A stretch of DNA of 64,000 bases from Eledone cirrhosa (Eukaryota), in assembly GCA_964016885.1 (NCBI GenBank), contig OZ024745.1:67394001-67458000 (forward strand). Direction: 5' to 3'. Each line of letters begins with the position of its first letter. Positions within the stretch are counted from its first letter, which is position 1. Of the stretch, positions 38,491-51,230 are shown in pieces. The translations under genes were made by a program, and so were the position numbers. The notes beneath the pieces were generated by a model. The model saw only the letters and a program-made list of their open reading frames with translations. It was not told the origin of the DNA and made no database searches.

Positions 38491-38536
<46 letters not shown>

Positions 38537-38638
38537 ACATATACATATATATATATACATATACATATACATATATATACATAAATTAATAAAAACAATG
38601 AAATAAAAACAAAGAACAGGTTCCTTATATTGAAAATA

Positions 38639-38780
38639 TCATCATTTTACGATCGTTTCTGGGATATATATGATGGTGTTGGTATGTATATCATATTAGA
38701 GATCTATGTAAAAAAATATTACAAATTATCAGAGGAGATATACATACCTTCACCTATATATGCCATCTTCAGAATGATGA
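38639..38780 (-). ncRNA. Long-stem-II hammerhead motif (inverted pLTR copy)
   Basis: Mirror of 42516-42658 with a GUA site. Confidence 0.65.
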
Positions 38781-39549
38781 AGTATATTTATTGAAAGAAA
38801 CAAAGTATTAATACAAAAAGTCTGTTTGGGAATAGGTTTTGAATTGACCAATAGAAAAGAGTTAGAAGTCAAGTTGATAGAATAATAGTAGTAGAACTTT
38901 ATGCTAGGAGTGAAGGAATGTAAATTTATGCTTTGAATGAAAAGAACACAATGGGGAAGAGAAAGGGGTTAAAATGAGGTCAAGTCAATGAGATAGTGAA
39001 GGATTCCCCCAAAAAATGTTGATGTTATTAAAGAATGCTATTAAAAGCGAAGGGAAAAGAGTTTTTTGTGGGATGATAGTGTTAGTGAGAAATACTACTC
39101 CTGTTTAAATTTCAAGGAACCTAGATACATAAAAGGAAATTAAATTAATTGATAGGTATACTTACAGAATTAAAATTATATTAATTCTTATGAATGTGAT
39201 AAATAAAGAAGTAAAAAAATTAAAAAAATTAAAAATATATATAGGAAGACTGAAATAGATAAAATTTTATAAAAAGTAGTGTCTCTATCTAAACATCCAT
39301 AATGTTAAAGATATTAATTATATTTACTAATCCTAGGTATTAAATGTGATAGATAGGGGATGCGGTTAAAAGAAGTAGTGAGGTTAAGGATAACTTTAGG
39401 TAAAGTGAGCTGCAAGAGGGAAATAAAATTATGAAATTCTTAGTAGTAAATATCTAATTATAGGTTAACTAAATTAAAAAAATTATTAAAAATTAATTAT
39501 AATAATTTGTAAAAATTATTTAAAAAAATAAATAATGCGGCTCTTACAG

Positions 39550-41760
39550 CAAAACATACAACATAGTAAATATACTCAATATTGAAGACAGAACTAAACC
39601 CTTGGCACTGAAAATACCACATTTTAACCTGAAGGATCACAAATCTAATTTCAACTCTAATCCTTCTATAAGACTTATATGCCCTTCCAAATCAGACATT
39701 GGCATCATAAGCAAACAAATTCTGGATAGAATTATCCCACAATTAAGAAAATACGTTAATTTACCACTCTGGGAAAACACATCCCAAGTAATTACTTGGT
39801 TTACTAATATTGAAAATAAATCCTCTGCTTCATTTCTACAATTCGATATAGATGCATATTATTCCTCTATATCACCCATACTCCTGAACAAAGCCTTGAT
39901 ATTTGCCAAAAATAGATCAAACTTAACTATGGATGACATCAATATTATCACGCACGCTAGACAAACACTACTTGAATTTCAAAAGGAGTATTGGACCAGA
40001 AATACATATAGTAATCTCTTCGACATAACTCTGGGCTCTAGTGATTCTGCCCAAATTACCGATCTTGTGGGCCTTTTTCTTCTATTTAACATTAATTCAT
40101 CTTTTCCCCACCTTAAAGGTGGTTTATATCGTGATGACTGTCTTCTTCTATCCACTAATCTTAGCCTATCAGAAATTGAAAGAAATAAAAAACTTATTAG
40201 AACTTTCCTCAAAGACTATTACAATCTCACTATTACATTTGAAAACACCAGTAAAATAGTCAATTTCCTAGATATAACTATGGACCTATCTACAGGTATC
40301 TACCAACCTTACCATAAACCTAACCAAACTTGCATTACATACACTCACAATCTAATCACCCTAGATCTATCCTTAAAAACCTATCATATAATATCTCACT
40401 CAGAATCTCTAACCTTTCAACAAATCATGATGTATTCGATAAAAACGCGCCCTTTTATAATGAAGCGTTAGCTAGAGGCGGCCATAAGAATAAATTAGTC
40501 TATATACCTTCACCAATAATATTTCAAACATAAAACCTAACATTACCAACAAACACCAAATGAAAAACCCACACCTAAATGCCACTCATACTACACGTAA
40601 AAACACCAACCCTAAACTTAATTTCTCTACCTCTTCTCACATAAAAGATAATGACTTTCAAAACATTCACCCTAATACTCTTACATATGTCAACAACATA
40701 ACTAACAAAATTCCTAGTAATCAGACTAAAACATCAATTAATCTAACTAAACCTATATATAATAAAATCCCTAATAGTAACTCTCTCAGTAAACCTCCCG
40801 AAACATCATATAAATATAAGAAACAATGTCGAAACCGTAAAAGACGGGTTACTTGGTATAATTCTCCATTTAATCTACAGATTAAAGACCATATCCCTAA
40901 AACATTCCTTGCTATCCTAGATAAAAACTTCCCACCAAACCATAAATACCATCAAATTTTAAATAGATCTACTGTCAAATTTTCCTACTCCACTACCAAA
41001 AATATACAACAGAATATAAGTGCTTACAACACATATAAGTGTAAAAAAAACATAAATATACCACCAACACATCAAACCAACCATAATAATATTAAAGTAA
41101 ACCAAAACAAACCACCTTCTTCTTCACCTATAATACACCAATTTTGACTAATAATCTCCAAAACAAACAGAACTCTACTAGCTCCACATCCCCTAAATTA
41201 TCACCCACCAACAACCTGTCTAACCATACTAATCTAATTACAACCCATTCTAAACATACATTAATTAAAATAGTGACACTAATACCACTATAGATAAAAC
41301 AAATAACTCTCCTGATACAATATTTACGAATGGCTGTAACTGTAGAATCAAAAGAAATTGCCCATTAAAGGGAAATTGTCTTATTAATAACATAGTCTAT
41401 TAATGTGTAATTAGTACTAAGGACTCCACTCAATCCTATATAGGAGCTACGTCTAACCAATTTAAAATAAGATTTAATACACACAAACATAGTTTTAAAA
41501 ATGCCGCATTGCCTAATACAACCTCCTTGGCTGAAGCAATTAATAATTATAGAAAGAAGGATATTGATTACAACCTGACCTGGAGCGTGCTCAAAAGGGC
41601 CACCCCTTATCAAAATAGCAGATATGACTGTAGGTTATGCTCCCAAGAACTATTTGAAATCATGAAATCTAATGATGTCCTATTAAATAAGCGACAGGAG
41701 TTAATTATATCATGCAATCATAGAATTAGAAAAACCTTCAAATATTATAAATTTAATTAA
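39550..41760 (+). pseudogene. Naiad-like RT plus GIY-YIG, with frameshifts and stops
   Basis: LKDHKSNF..PSIRLICPSKSDIG, QFDIDAYYSSI, FDITLGSSDSAQITDLVG, GLYRDD, VNFLDIT, WYNSPF, CNCR..CPLKGNC..IVY, SYIGAT, CRLC..E..LLNKRQE..CNHR. Confidence 0.88.
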
Positions 41761-42515
41761 TATATACCTCATTCTTATATTTTACAAATTATTATAATTA
41801 ATTTTTAATAATTTTTTTAATTTAGTTAACCTATAATTAGATATTTACTACTAAGAATTTCATAATTTTATTTCCCTCTTGCAGCTCACTTTACCTAAAG
41901 TTATCCTTAACCTCACTACTTCTTTTAACCGCATCCCCTATCTATCACATTTAATACCTAGGATTAGTAAATATAATTAATATCTTTAACATTATGGATG
42001 TTTAGATAGATACACTACTTTTTATAAAATTTTATCTATTTCAGTCTTCCTATATATATTTTTAATTTTTTTAATTTTTTTACTTCTTTATTTATCACAT
42101 TCATAAGAATTAATATAATTTTAATTCTGTAAGTATACCTATCAATTAATTTAATTTCCTTTTATGTATCTAGGTTCCTTGAAATTTAAACAGTAGTATT
42201 TCTCACTAACACTATCGACCCACAAAAAACTCTTTTCCTTTCGCTTTTAATAGCATTCTTTAATAACATCAACATTTGGGGGGGGGGGGGGATCCTTCAC
42301 TATCTCATTGACTTGACCTCATTTTAACCCCTTTCTCTTCCCCATTGTGTTCTTTTCATTCAAAGCATAAATTTACATTCCTCCACTCCTAGTATAAAGT
42401 TCTACTACTATTATTCTATCAACTTGACCTCTAACTCTTTTCTATTGGTCAATTCAAAACCTATTTCCAAACTGACTTTTTGTATTAATACTTTGTTTCT
42501 TTCAATAAACATACT

Positions 42516-42658
42516 TCATCATTTCTGAAGATGGCATATATAGGTGAAGGTATGTATATCTCCTCTGATAATTTGTAATATTTGTTTACATAGATCTCTA
42601 ATATGATATACATACCAACACACACATATATATCCCAGAAACGATCGTCAAATGATGA
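42516..42658 (+). ncRNA. Long-stem-II hammerhead motif
   Basis: UCAUCAUUU-CUGAAGA-UGG..~100 nt..CCA-GAAA-CGAUCG-UC-AAAUGAUGA; 9-bp stem I, GUC site. Confidence 0.7.
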
Positions 42659-42867
42659 TTTTTTTTCAATATAACCTGTTCTTTGTTTTTATTTCATTGT
42701 TTTTATTCATTTATCTTGACTCTGTTTTCCTATGATTTTTATAGTTAAATTTTGAATGCATTTTCTCTTTTCATGATATCTTCTATATTTGGATTACATT
42801 GAGTTCTTCATACGGATTGGACACTACCGTATATTTTGTTAGATTTATCTACATATATATACATATA

Positions 42868-42948
<81 letters not shown>

Positions 42949-43058
42949 TTAACGAAGGAAATGTGGTAAGGAACCAGGTGGACCATAACGCACCAAAGTA
43001 TTCAATACTTAGGGTAGTAGAGTGGGTAATAGGAACAAGTAAGACCCCGACGGCTGAT

Positions 43059-43122
<64 letters not shown>

Positions 43123-43126
<4 letters not shown>

Positions 43127-43338
43127 AGTGAGGTTTTTTGGGGGGTTTTTTTTACAGAATGAAAAATAACCGAGGTGTCCTACACGAGTGAAAGTATAAA
43201 GAAAAAAAGATGAAATCGAAAATGCAACTGGAGTCTTATTTTTAAAAATATATATATATTTATTTGGTTCCTTTACCGGTTTCGCAGTTCTGCTTTTCAA
43301 AAGTAGAGTTGAGATGGAGGGTCTGTGGTTTTTCTCAT
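43123..43338 (-). mobile_element. Neptune-like PLE terminal repeat plus tail, with U3-A8 HHR (43269-43305)
   Basis: Reverse complement of the 3330-3545 type sequence. Confidence 0.8.
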
Positions 43339-44289
43339 ACATAGCAAACTTAAACAGAGAGATTTGAACTTTTGTTCCCAAATTTCGCTAAGCAGGTCAT
43401 TGCAACAATACACCCTGACCTTTTGTCCTCGTAGATATTTAATTCCTTTGATTGAGACTCGTGCCGCCAAATTGTCTGGAGGAATGGTTTTCTAGAGGTC
43501 ATCTCTTTATTGTCACAAGATAATGGCATCCTCATAAAATAGTCAGTCCTCGGCTACCCGAGGCAGTTCGCCCTAGTTCGCAAAATACATCAGAACGATG
43601 TAGTTGTTAATAGATTTACTCCGACCCATTAGGGTCTAGGCCTTTCAACTAGCGATCTAAAACAGTCATTCGATCAACACAGGTTAGTTATATACAAATT
43701 TTAACACATTTACTACAAACCCTCACACAATTTTACTGTCAATATCTGTTGTGTTTCCTATATTGTCACAATAACTTCGAAGCAAGTTATTAAGTAATAA
43801 ATGTGTTAAAGTAGCGGCTATTGTTTATGGTTAATTCAATACGACATTCCACACAACGCTTTATATGAGAAAGACCAACTTACACATTTGCCCATCAAGC
43901 CAATGTTTACTGCTAAAAAATTCCTGTCACTCTACAATGAACGACTGACCACAAATTCATACCCGTTACAATTGGTGAACACATTCGGTCAACCACCAAC
44001 AACCTAAAAATCATTTAGATACGCTGCATTTGACGACCCTAACAAACGAACGGCTTTCTGATGCATTTGGTGATGGTGCATGCAACGTTCAGATAATATA
44101 GGAAAACAACGGTAGCGATATCTTTCGCCTCGCCACATACTATCATGTAGTCTGATTAACAACGAAAACAATAACTTTCGAAAACGAAAACTAACTTACG
44201 AAAAATTTTATATCATAACATAATATTTCAGGAAGTAAAATCAATTAATACACAACATGTATATATGTATGAGATGAAAGAATGGTATT

Positions 44290-46145
44290 TAACTAATGTA
44301 TTGGTACGCGATGGGGCCCACCCACAGCCCCAGCGGACAAAATGGAGAAGGCGTTTCCCCGGAGGACGGGAAGGGAGACGCTGGAAAAGCCACTCCAACT
44401 CGCGGGGCTCACACCTGCGGCTGGCCAGCTCAGCGCCTATGGTGGTGAATAAGGAGGTAGCCCTGGGCCGAGGACACCTGAAGTTTCCACTGCCAGGGGA
44501 ACGACCGCAAACCTGTCGGAGAGCGACCGGTATTTGAGGAGTTTGGCCCCCTCAGCCCGACGTGCAGCAGAACCTGGGTCAGTCGCAGACTGCACCAGGT
44601 TGCGGCTGCAGAAAGTGTCGGTGCAAGTGGCATCCCAGACGAGGGGTTTGCCACCGCGGAACGGGAAGATGGTCATGCCATCTGGCCTTTTGCCGTCCCT
44701 TCGATCCAGCCCCACCGGCTCGAGCTGGGAAGGGAATCCTGCAGCGTCCAAGCCATGCTTAATGACCTCGTTGGGGGCAGTATGGCGTGGAATGCGGCCG
44801 GCACTGTGGCGACAGGAAAGCGGGTGGAGGCCGAAAGAGTCTACGGTGGAACCGCAGCGACATTGGTGTGGCTGGCAGATCCGTAGGCCGAGCCTCAGGG
44901 AAACGCCGATTCGCAGGCTATGGTTGTCTAGCTGCGTGCCAGTGGAGAAGGAGGGCAGAGCATGGAGCCAGGCACCACTGTGGGGTTTGGAGGCCGCACG
45001 AAAACAAGCAAGGCGGTGCTGGTCGAGCTGGCGCGTGAGCCTGTCTGAGGCCAGGCTGCACTGGATGGCATCCCAAGTGCGTTGGGTGGACTTGACGTCA
45101 ACAGGGGGAGAAGGAGGAGGGACATCTACTGGGCTAAGTCCCAGCCGGTCCCACGTCTCACAGGCGGCCTCGCGTTCTCTGAACACAGAGGGTTCTGTTG
45201 TGTTTTGAAGAATCCTGCTGACAAGGACGCGGCACAAGGTTACCGACGAAAGATACGCCGGCAAAGCTAGTGAGATCGGGGACCGGAGGCCTAGGCCGCC
45301 ATACCTGACCGGTAAAGTGGCCTGTTGCCACCCTATGTCGTCAAACTTGACGTTGCATATCCCCTCGGCTGCTGCTCGGATACAATGTCTGGGTGGAGCA
45401 TGGAGCGCTGCGGAGTGTATAGAGGAGCTTCGGCATGGCGAAGCAGTTCCTCAGCAGAAAGAGAGCTGAGAGTCTGGAGCTGTTGAAGCCTGGACCTGAT
45501 TGTGGAGCGGATGGCCGGCGGGTGGATCGGTGACCCGAGGATGAGGACATCCACTTTGGGGGTCACCTGAACCTGGTGGAGAATGGACCGCACGTCCAAG
45601 ACGGAGGCTGCAAAGCTCACAGCATCGAGGCTGACGTTCACCACCTCCGACTTGACCGAGTTGACCTGGAGGCCAGGGCAGGAATCACCGATTGAAGGTC
45701 TTGGCAGACCGTCCGTACGGGCCCGCCCAACGTAGCATCATCCAGATACCAAACATTGAGAGGGGCCGTGATACTCCGGGCGATGTGGTCAACACCAAGG
45801 GAGAACAGGAGGGGTCCCAAAGGGTCGCCCTGTTGGACCCCAGTAGCCGAGGGTATGACCGTATCAGCAGCTAGGAGCATGCTCGGGGCTCCATATGACA
45901 GGCAGGCCAGTGGGTAGGCAGAGGGGGGGGCTCGGCTGAGGCAGGCCTCGAGCAGATGAACCCGGCGTAAAGAGTTAAAGGCATTCCTCATGTCAAGCTT
46001 GACAATGAGGTGCCTGGAGTCCCTGGATGCCGGTACCGATGGGCAGCTGCTGAAGAACTGCCTGATTGCATGAGAGGCTCCCTCACAGCCACCGGACACG
46101 CCGACACCCAGTTGTACCGGACTAAACTCCTCACCCAGTTCGTGT
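44290..46145 (-). mobile_element. CRE-like non-LTR retrotransposon (RT plus restriction-like endonuclease), 5'-truncated and disrupted
   Basis: KLDMRNAFNS, GVQQGDPLGPLLF, WYLDDATL, SGAWL, CRCG..D..GLH.LSC, RH, RPDG, WDAT, PLAVETSG, LRGNA; GC-rich island. Confidence 0.85.
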
Positions 46146-46779
46146 GTGACGGACAGGAAACAGATTTTCTTTCAAAAAATAAATCACACGCTACGTACGT
46201 AATCATGTTTCCACATGCTATGGAATTCATTCGCGCTTTGCTACAACAACATCTGTGACAACAGCAACGACAAGGATTCTTTTTCAAAACTAAGTTTACA
46301 ACTTCAAGAACAACAGTAGTATCAAACCCTAGCTACAAACAAAACAAAAATTAAATTCTTAATTTTTTTAGAACAATTATTCTTTTTTTTTTTTTTCCCC
46401 CTTTCTGAAACATTTTGCACACGAATATAAACTGTACTGTATATTTTTCAAAATGTTACTACTGTACAATCATGTTCTGCATTTTTTACACATCTGAATT
46501 AAATGTTCACACACACATTGCTTTAAACATGATTCAAATATTGCAGTTATATTTTCACACAGGTAAACCTTAAGTTTCACGTCGGAAATGAAATTTATTT
46601 TCATTTTCGATTCATTACAAAATATTATTGTTTATCTGAATACAAAAAATTGTTGGACGACTACGTGCTCGCACTACGTTAGTTGATGATGTTTAGGATG
46701 CAAATGGCATCCTTAATGAGAATATTACACTTCTTACTCTTATACCTGCGATACACGGTGACAATCTGTCTGTGTTACA

Positions 46780-48120
46780 GTGGCTGGCGAGACGGCGATT
46801 GATGGCAAACAGTGTCAATTTCCTGTTTGTAATGAAGCGTGCACATTAAACCGCTATTCTGAGGGTCACGAGAAATGGAGATGGCGATGCAACCGCGACA
46901 ATTTCTGTCAATCAGTGCGACATAATTGTTTTTTTCAAGGAAGCCATGTGCCACTCGATCACCTTATTTTTATTTTATACATGTGGTGCTACGATTATAC
47001 ACAAGCTCAGATGATTCGAGAAACGGGAGTCTCCGAACCGACAATTATTGACTGGTGCAATTTTATTCGAGAAATTTGCGAGCAATATTTGGAGGAAAAT
47101 CCCCAACAACTTGGAGGCTTCGATGACAATGGTGAGTCTTTAGCAGTATTAGTTGTAGATGTTATCGCTACTTTAGCGGGGTGGTAGAATCAGTGGTCGT
47201 TAGTTGCCAGTGTGGTAAGTGATAGTATCCTCGTTGGATTATCTTGTTGACATAGACGTGAGGGAAGGTCCCTCGATCTATTTACCATCTATTTACAATA
47301 TTCCTTTCGTCAGGTCGCCAATTCCAGCAGCATGGATTAAAGATGTCATTGAGACACGAGTAAAACAACAACGACTTCAACCGCAGTAATTAGAGATGCA
47401 ATGTTTGTTTATTTATATGGTTGAAGTTACAGATAAAAAGAGGTTACAAAATGGAATGTGCAATTGCGCCGTTAAGCCGGCGAGGCTAGTGGTGCAATAT
47501 CTCACTGTTACATTATGCGTGTTGCTGCTCGAAGTTTCCGGTACAAGAGCGAGATTCTTCAAATCTTCGCGGTGAATTTCTTCCTCAGGGCGCGTAGGGA
47601 TACATCCTCTTCTACTGGCGCTGATTGGCTGAACTGAGCCAAATCACGCACAGAGAATGTATGTGAGCCCGCGGAATGTAGGTCACTACAAGTCCATCAT
47701 TGTCGAGATCGACGAGAGCAAATATTTCCATAGAAAGTATCATCGTGGCCAGTAGAGACAAGGCCACTGGGTCTTTGGCGCTGTTGAACGCCATTCTGGA
47801 CGCTGCTGCTTTATAGAAGTCCCAAATCAACGCCGTGACACTCTCCTCCCCATTATTCAACATTGGATTTTGCCAGGCAGTCGCATCATCTCCGTATGCT
47901 GAACTGGATCAAATTGAAGGTGGGATTTACGTTCATGATGTTGTTGTGCACGGAAGGAACTTTATAGATCCTGCGGACCCTGAAGTACACACCCAGCTAA
48001 TAGAGAACACGTGGATGCGTTATTTCAATCGTGTATTCCAGAATTTCTTTGGCGGCAGAGAGTTGGTGCCAACAAGTTTGGCGAGATGATAAACTGCATT
48101 GGAGCAATTTATATGGTGCA
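46780..48120 (+). pseudogene. Merlin/ISXO2-like transposase, interrupted and frameshifted
   Basis: WRWRC..SVR..FF..SH, TIIDWCNFIREIC; after removing the insert, GESIIVEIDESKYFHRKYHRG, WVFGAVER, VVVH..NFIDP..VHTQLIENTW. Confidence 0.85.
47139..47690. mobile_element. Probable solo LTR (552 bp) inside the transposase
   Basis: 4-bp TSD AGTC (47135-47138 / 47691-47694); ends TTTAG...CACTACA (degenerate TG..CA); excision restores the frame D-N-G-E-S-I-I-V-E-I-D-E. Confidence 0.7.
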
Positions 48121-49499
48121 ATAAACGTTTCAATATGTTATTTTTTTGTTTCAACACACACAAAATGAAAATAAATACGCGAAAATGAAAATAAATTTCA
48201 TTTCCGACGTGAAACTTAAGGTTTACCTTTCACACACATGTATGTATGTTACTTGACTTATGTCCGGATATCGTGAGAAATCGTTTCACAACTAGTTGAA
48301 GTTAGAATATAGCTATCGGCTCTCAACCGCCTAAAACTAAGGTGTGTAATGCTACTTGCAGTTCCACACACATATGCCCTCGCTCAATTTCAATCTAGTT
48401 TTCAGTTCCTGAATCACTGTGGAACGCCACTTCCGCTTAACATACAATGAGCGACTCACAGTTCTGTATATTCCAGGGGGGTGGAAGCATTTCTGAATTG
48501 GGGGAGGGTGAATTTTATCAATTTAGTTGTAGTGATTATAAAAAAAACTTCGATATGCGATAAACATAACATGTACATAAATTGTAGCGCATTTAGAAAT
48601 AGATGTGTGTTTTTTGTATTTTGGAGAGAAAAATATAATTATTGGATAAACCATGGCCCCCTTTGGCCTCGTAGATATCTAATTCTTCTATTTGGGACTC
48701 CTATCGCCAAACTGTCTGGAGGAATGGTTTTCTAGAGGCTATCTGCTGATTGTCACAAGATAACAACAACCTCATAAAATAGTCAACCTCGGCTTTCCAA
48801 GGAAGTTCGCCTCGGTTCAAGATATTATTACTGCTTTTTTGAGGGCACACCTGGAACTAAACAACACACAATTATAACTCTTTTGTTTTATAAATCTTTA
48901 GGCAGCGTGTCTATGAAAGATAAAATGATTAACTAATGGAGAGGTCTAGACCTCTTGTAATTTCCTCTTCAACAAGATTAAATATACATTAAATTCACAC
49001 ACTGCATTTAATCTGAGAGGCTTTAGTGCAGTTAAATAAACACTACTAGACAAAGTTTGTTATAACCTAACTGGCGTTACAGTTGTTATTGCTAGGAATG
49101 AGTTTTCGGCTTTCAGATGATTGTGGTATCTAACAAAAAAAAAAACGATATGACAAATGCTATTAAGTAACCCTTATGATGGGATGTGTGGCCGATTGTC
49201 GCACTTGGTGGCGAATTTCCCCCCCCCCCTTTTTTTATCTCTCTTTTATGCATTTATATTTGTATATATTATGTGTTTGTGCTTTCATTCTGTAAGCATT
49301 GTATTATTATATTGTTATACAACTGTGAATAAAAGATTTTAATATCATTATCGCACTAATCATGTCAATAAGTCGGCAGGAAGCAAATCATTGATAAACA
49401 TTTTTTTAAATGATGAATAGGATTTACAAAAGAGACATATCAATAGAAATTAACCAGAGAGAAAAAAAACGGAAGATATACACACGTAATTACACGCTA

Positions 49500-49960
49500 T
49501 AACAGGGAATGCTAGTACTTCTCTGTAATAATTTATGAAGCAATGCTCGAGTGATAACATGACTAAGAAGCAGGAATAACCCAAGTACCTTCACGAGAAT
49601 TATATCATACTTCAGTAACTGACAAGAAACTACGTGTCAGCGGCTCAGCTCCTCAGCTTCAAACAAAGTTTGTCGATAATTTATGCTATTTCAACATTTT
49701 ATTCCGTTCAGCTACGGATGAAGCAACACTACCACCTCCCATCCATATTCACAGCAGTACTCAATATGTGAGGAGCGAAGGAGTTGCTGACCTCTATTCC
49801 AAGAGCAAAGGGGAAGACGGTTAGGTCTCTTCCCATCAAATCTAGTCGATCGTTGTTTGCTCCAGAATTGAGAGGATATTGATTCTGGCAAGGGCTTGCT
49901 TTATTATCAGGTTCAATTCGGTGTGTCGAGCGAAGCTACCTGCATTTAATCTATATGGCA
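49500..49960 (-). mobile_element. Old CRE-like RLE fragment
   Basis: Hand translation AGSFARHTELNLIIKQAL...FDGKRP...SVASSVAERNKMLK parallels AGRIPRHTAPNEVIKHGL...DGKRPD...SAARRAEGAKLLK in the 44437-45264 ORF. Confidence 0.6.
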
Positions 49961-50219
49961 ATCCATGAAGACCCACGAATATTTTAATCCCCTACAAATA
50001 GTAATTTTATTATTTATTTTAGTTCTTTATCAGCAGCGTCTTAAACAACAAAATAGTCAGTGTTGTTTTCGTAATAGTTTTTAAAATATTCTATTTATTT
50101 CACAAAAGCACTCAACTACAGCTTCGTCAGAAAATTACAATGCAGTTTACGAGTTGCGTCCCTTCAATTATGGCTATTATAAGACCAAGATAATTATGCC
50201 CCTTGAAGGATTCTTTTTT

Positions 50220-50342
50220 CATTCTAAGTTCAAATCCCGCCGAGGTTAACTTTGCCTTTCATCCTTACGGGGTCGATAAAATAAAGTACCAGTAATACAC
50301 TGGGTAATTGCTGGCCTTGTGCCAAAAGTAGAAACAATTATT
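50220..50342 (+). mobile_element. SINE family A, 3' part
   Basis: Matches 5705-5826. Confidence 0.8.
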
Positions 50343-50859
50343 TATAAACTATTCTGAAAACAATTTATATAAAGTTATAACGTGAATATGAGGTGGATTG
50401 TTAATATAGGCGCGATACAAAAATTTGACAATTATCCGTAGAGGTACAATACCTTTAAAATAATATATTTTGTTTGTCATACTTAAAAAGAGCGAAAAAT
50501 TGACAGAACTGGTGAAACATTGGACAAAATTCCTTGCAGTGTTTAATTACAATTTGAGATCAACTCTTGCTGACGTCAATTAATCTTCTATCTTTCTGTG
50601 GTTAGTAAAATAATCCCAGTCAAACGCTGAAATAGATATAATCAACTGTTTACTCTCAAAATGTGTGAGGGCGAGTTACCTGTTAGAAATCACCTATTTA
50701 CTAACTATTCCCAACAAAAAAATGTCTTACTTTACTACAAGTATACAGTCGATTGAAGAATTGTCTCCCTTGATCACGCTCTTTCACAGGTTCTATCTAC
50801 TTCAAGCGCTTGGTAATTTTTCATACAACTATAACTCTCTTTGCTTGTCACATATATGA

Positions 50860-51230
50860 ACCAAGACAATCGTCTTTCTTGCACAACGTCAGACATTCAG
50901 CTTTTCTCTCGGCTTCCTTGTTCTCTGTTGTTCATGCTCACTAATAATACACATCCAGCAGAACATATATAGTTTATTTATTTCTAACCATCACAGAACT
51001 TCTGCATTCAGAGCCTATGTCATACTACCATGTAGCATAGCAGTTGACCAGAAGCATTTCCATCTGAGAGAGAAGCTCTTTACTGCCAACAGGGTTAACT
51101 AGTCTATGAATTTCTTCCACACTGTTCTCACTCTGGTTTAAAATATTTTGGGACACCCACCTCCACTGCTAATGAGGTCACCTAAATGGCAAAAGCTATA
51201 TACTACTTATTAGCCTTCTGAGTATTTGAG
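50860..51230 (-). mobile_element. Degenerate RTE LINE fragment
   Basis: FCHLGDLISSGGGC...RVRTVWKKF, matching the 61364 element. Confidence 0.65.

Larger units (their letters stand above)
35943..38497 (-). mobile_element. Neptune-like Penelope-like element, 5'-truncated, with inverted terminal piece
   Basis: RT-GIY-YIG ORF, 3' UTR, terminal repeat with HHR abutting (TA)n at 35943; inverted end plus tail at 38410-38497. Confidence 0.9.
38581..42853 (+). mobile_element. Naiad-like Penelope-like element with ~935-bp inverted pseudo-LTRs
   Basis: 38581-39515 is the reverse complement of 41779-42714; RT/GIY-YIG between them; tail 42715-42853; TA tracts on both sides. Confidence 0.9.
46562..48227 (+). 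mobile_element. Merlin/IS1595(ISXO2)-type DNA transposon
   Basis: 48-bp perfect TIRs (GGTAAACCTTAAGTTTCACG...; 46562-46609 / 48180-48227); 9-bp TSD TTTCACACA at 46553-46561 and 48228-48236. Confidence 0.92.

Noticed and set aside
39550-41760. Selenocysteine recoding, reported for some Naiad elements
   Set aside because: The conserved cysteines I read are TGT/TGC; the interruptions are frameshifts, TAA stops, or a TGA in the low-complexity linker rather than at a Cys position.
44534-45208. Plus-strand 224-aa ORF and similar antisense ORFs over 19.3-24.3 kb
   Set aside because: Shadow frames of GC-rich retroelement coding sequence.
47132-47692. GTGAGT...AAG as an intron in the Merlin transposase
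   Set aside because: Splicing at these sites shifts the frame, whereas removal as an insertion with the AGTC duplication restores it.
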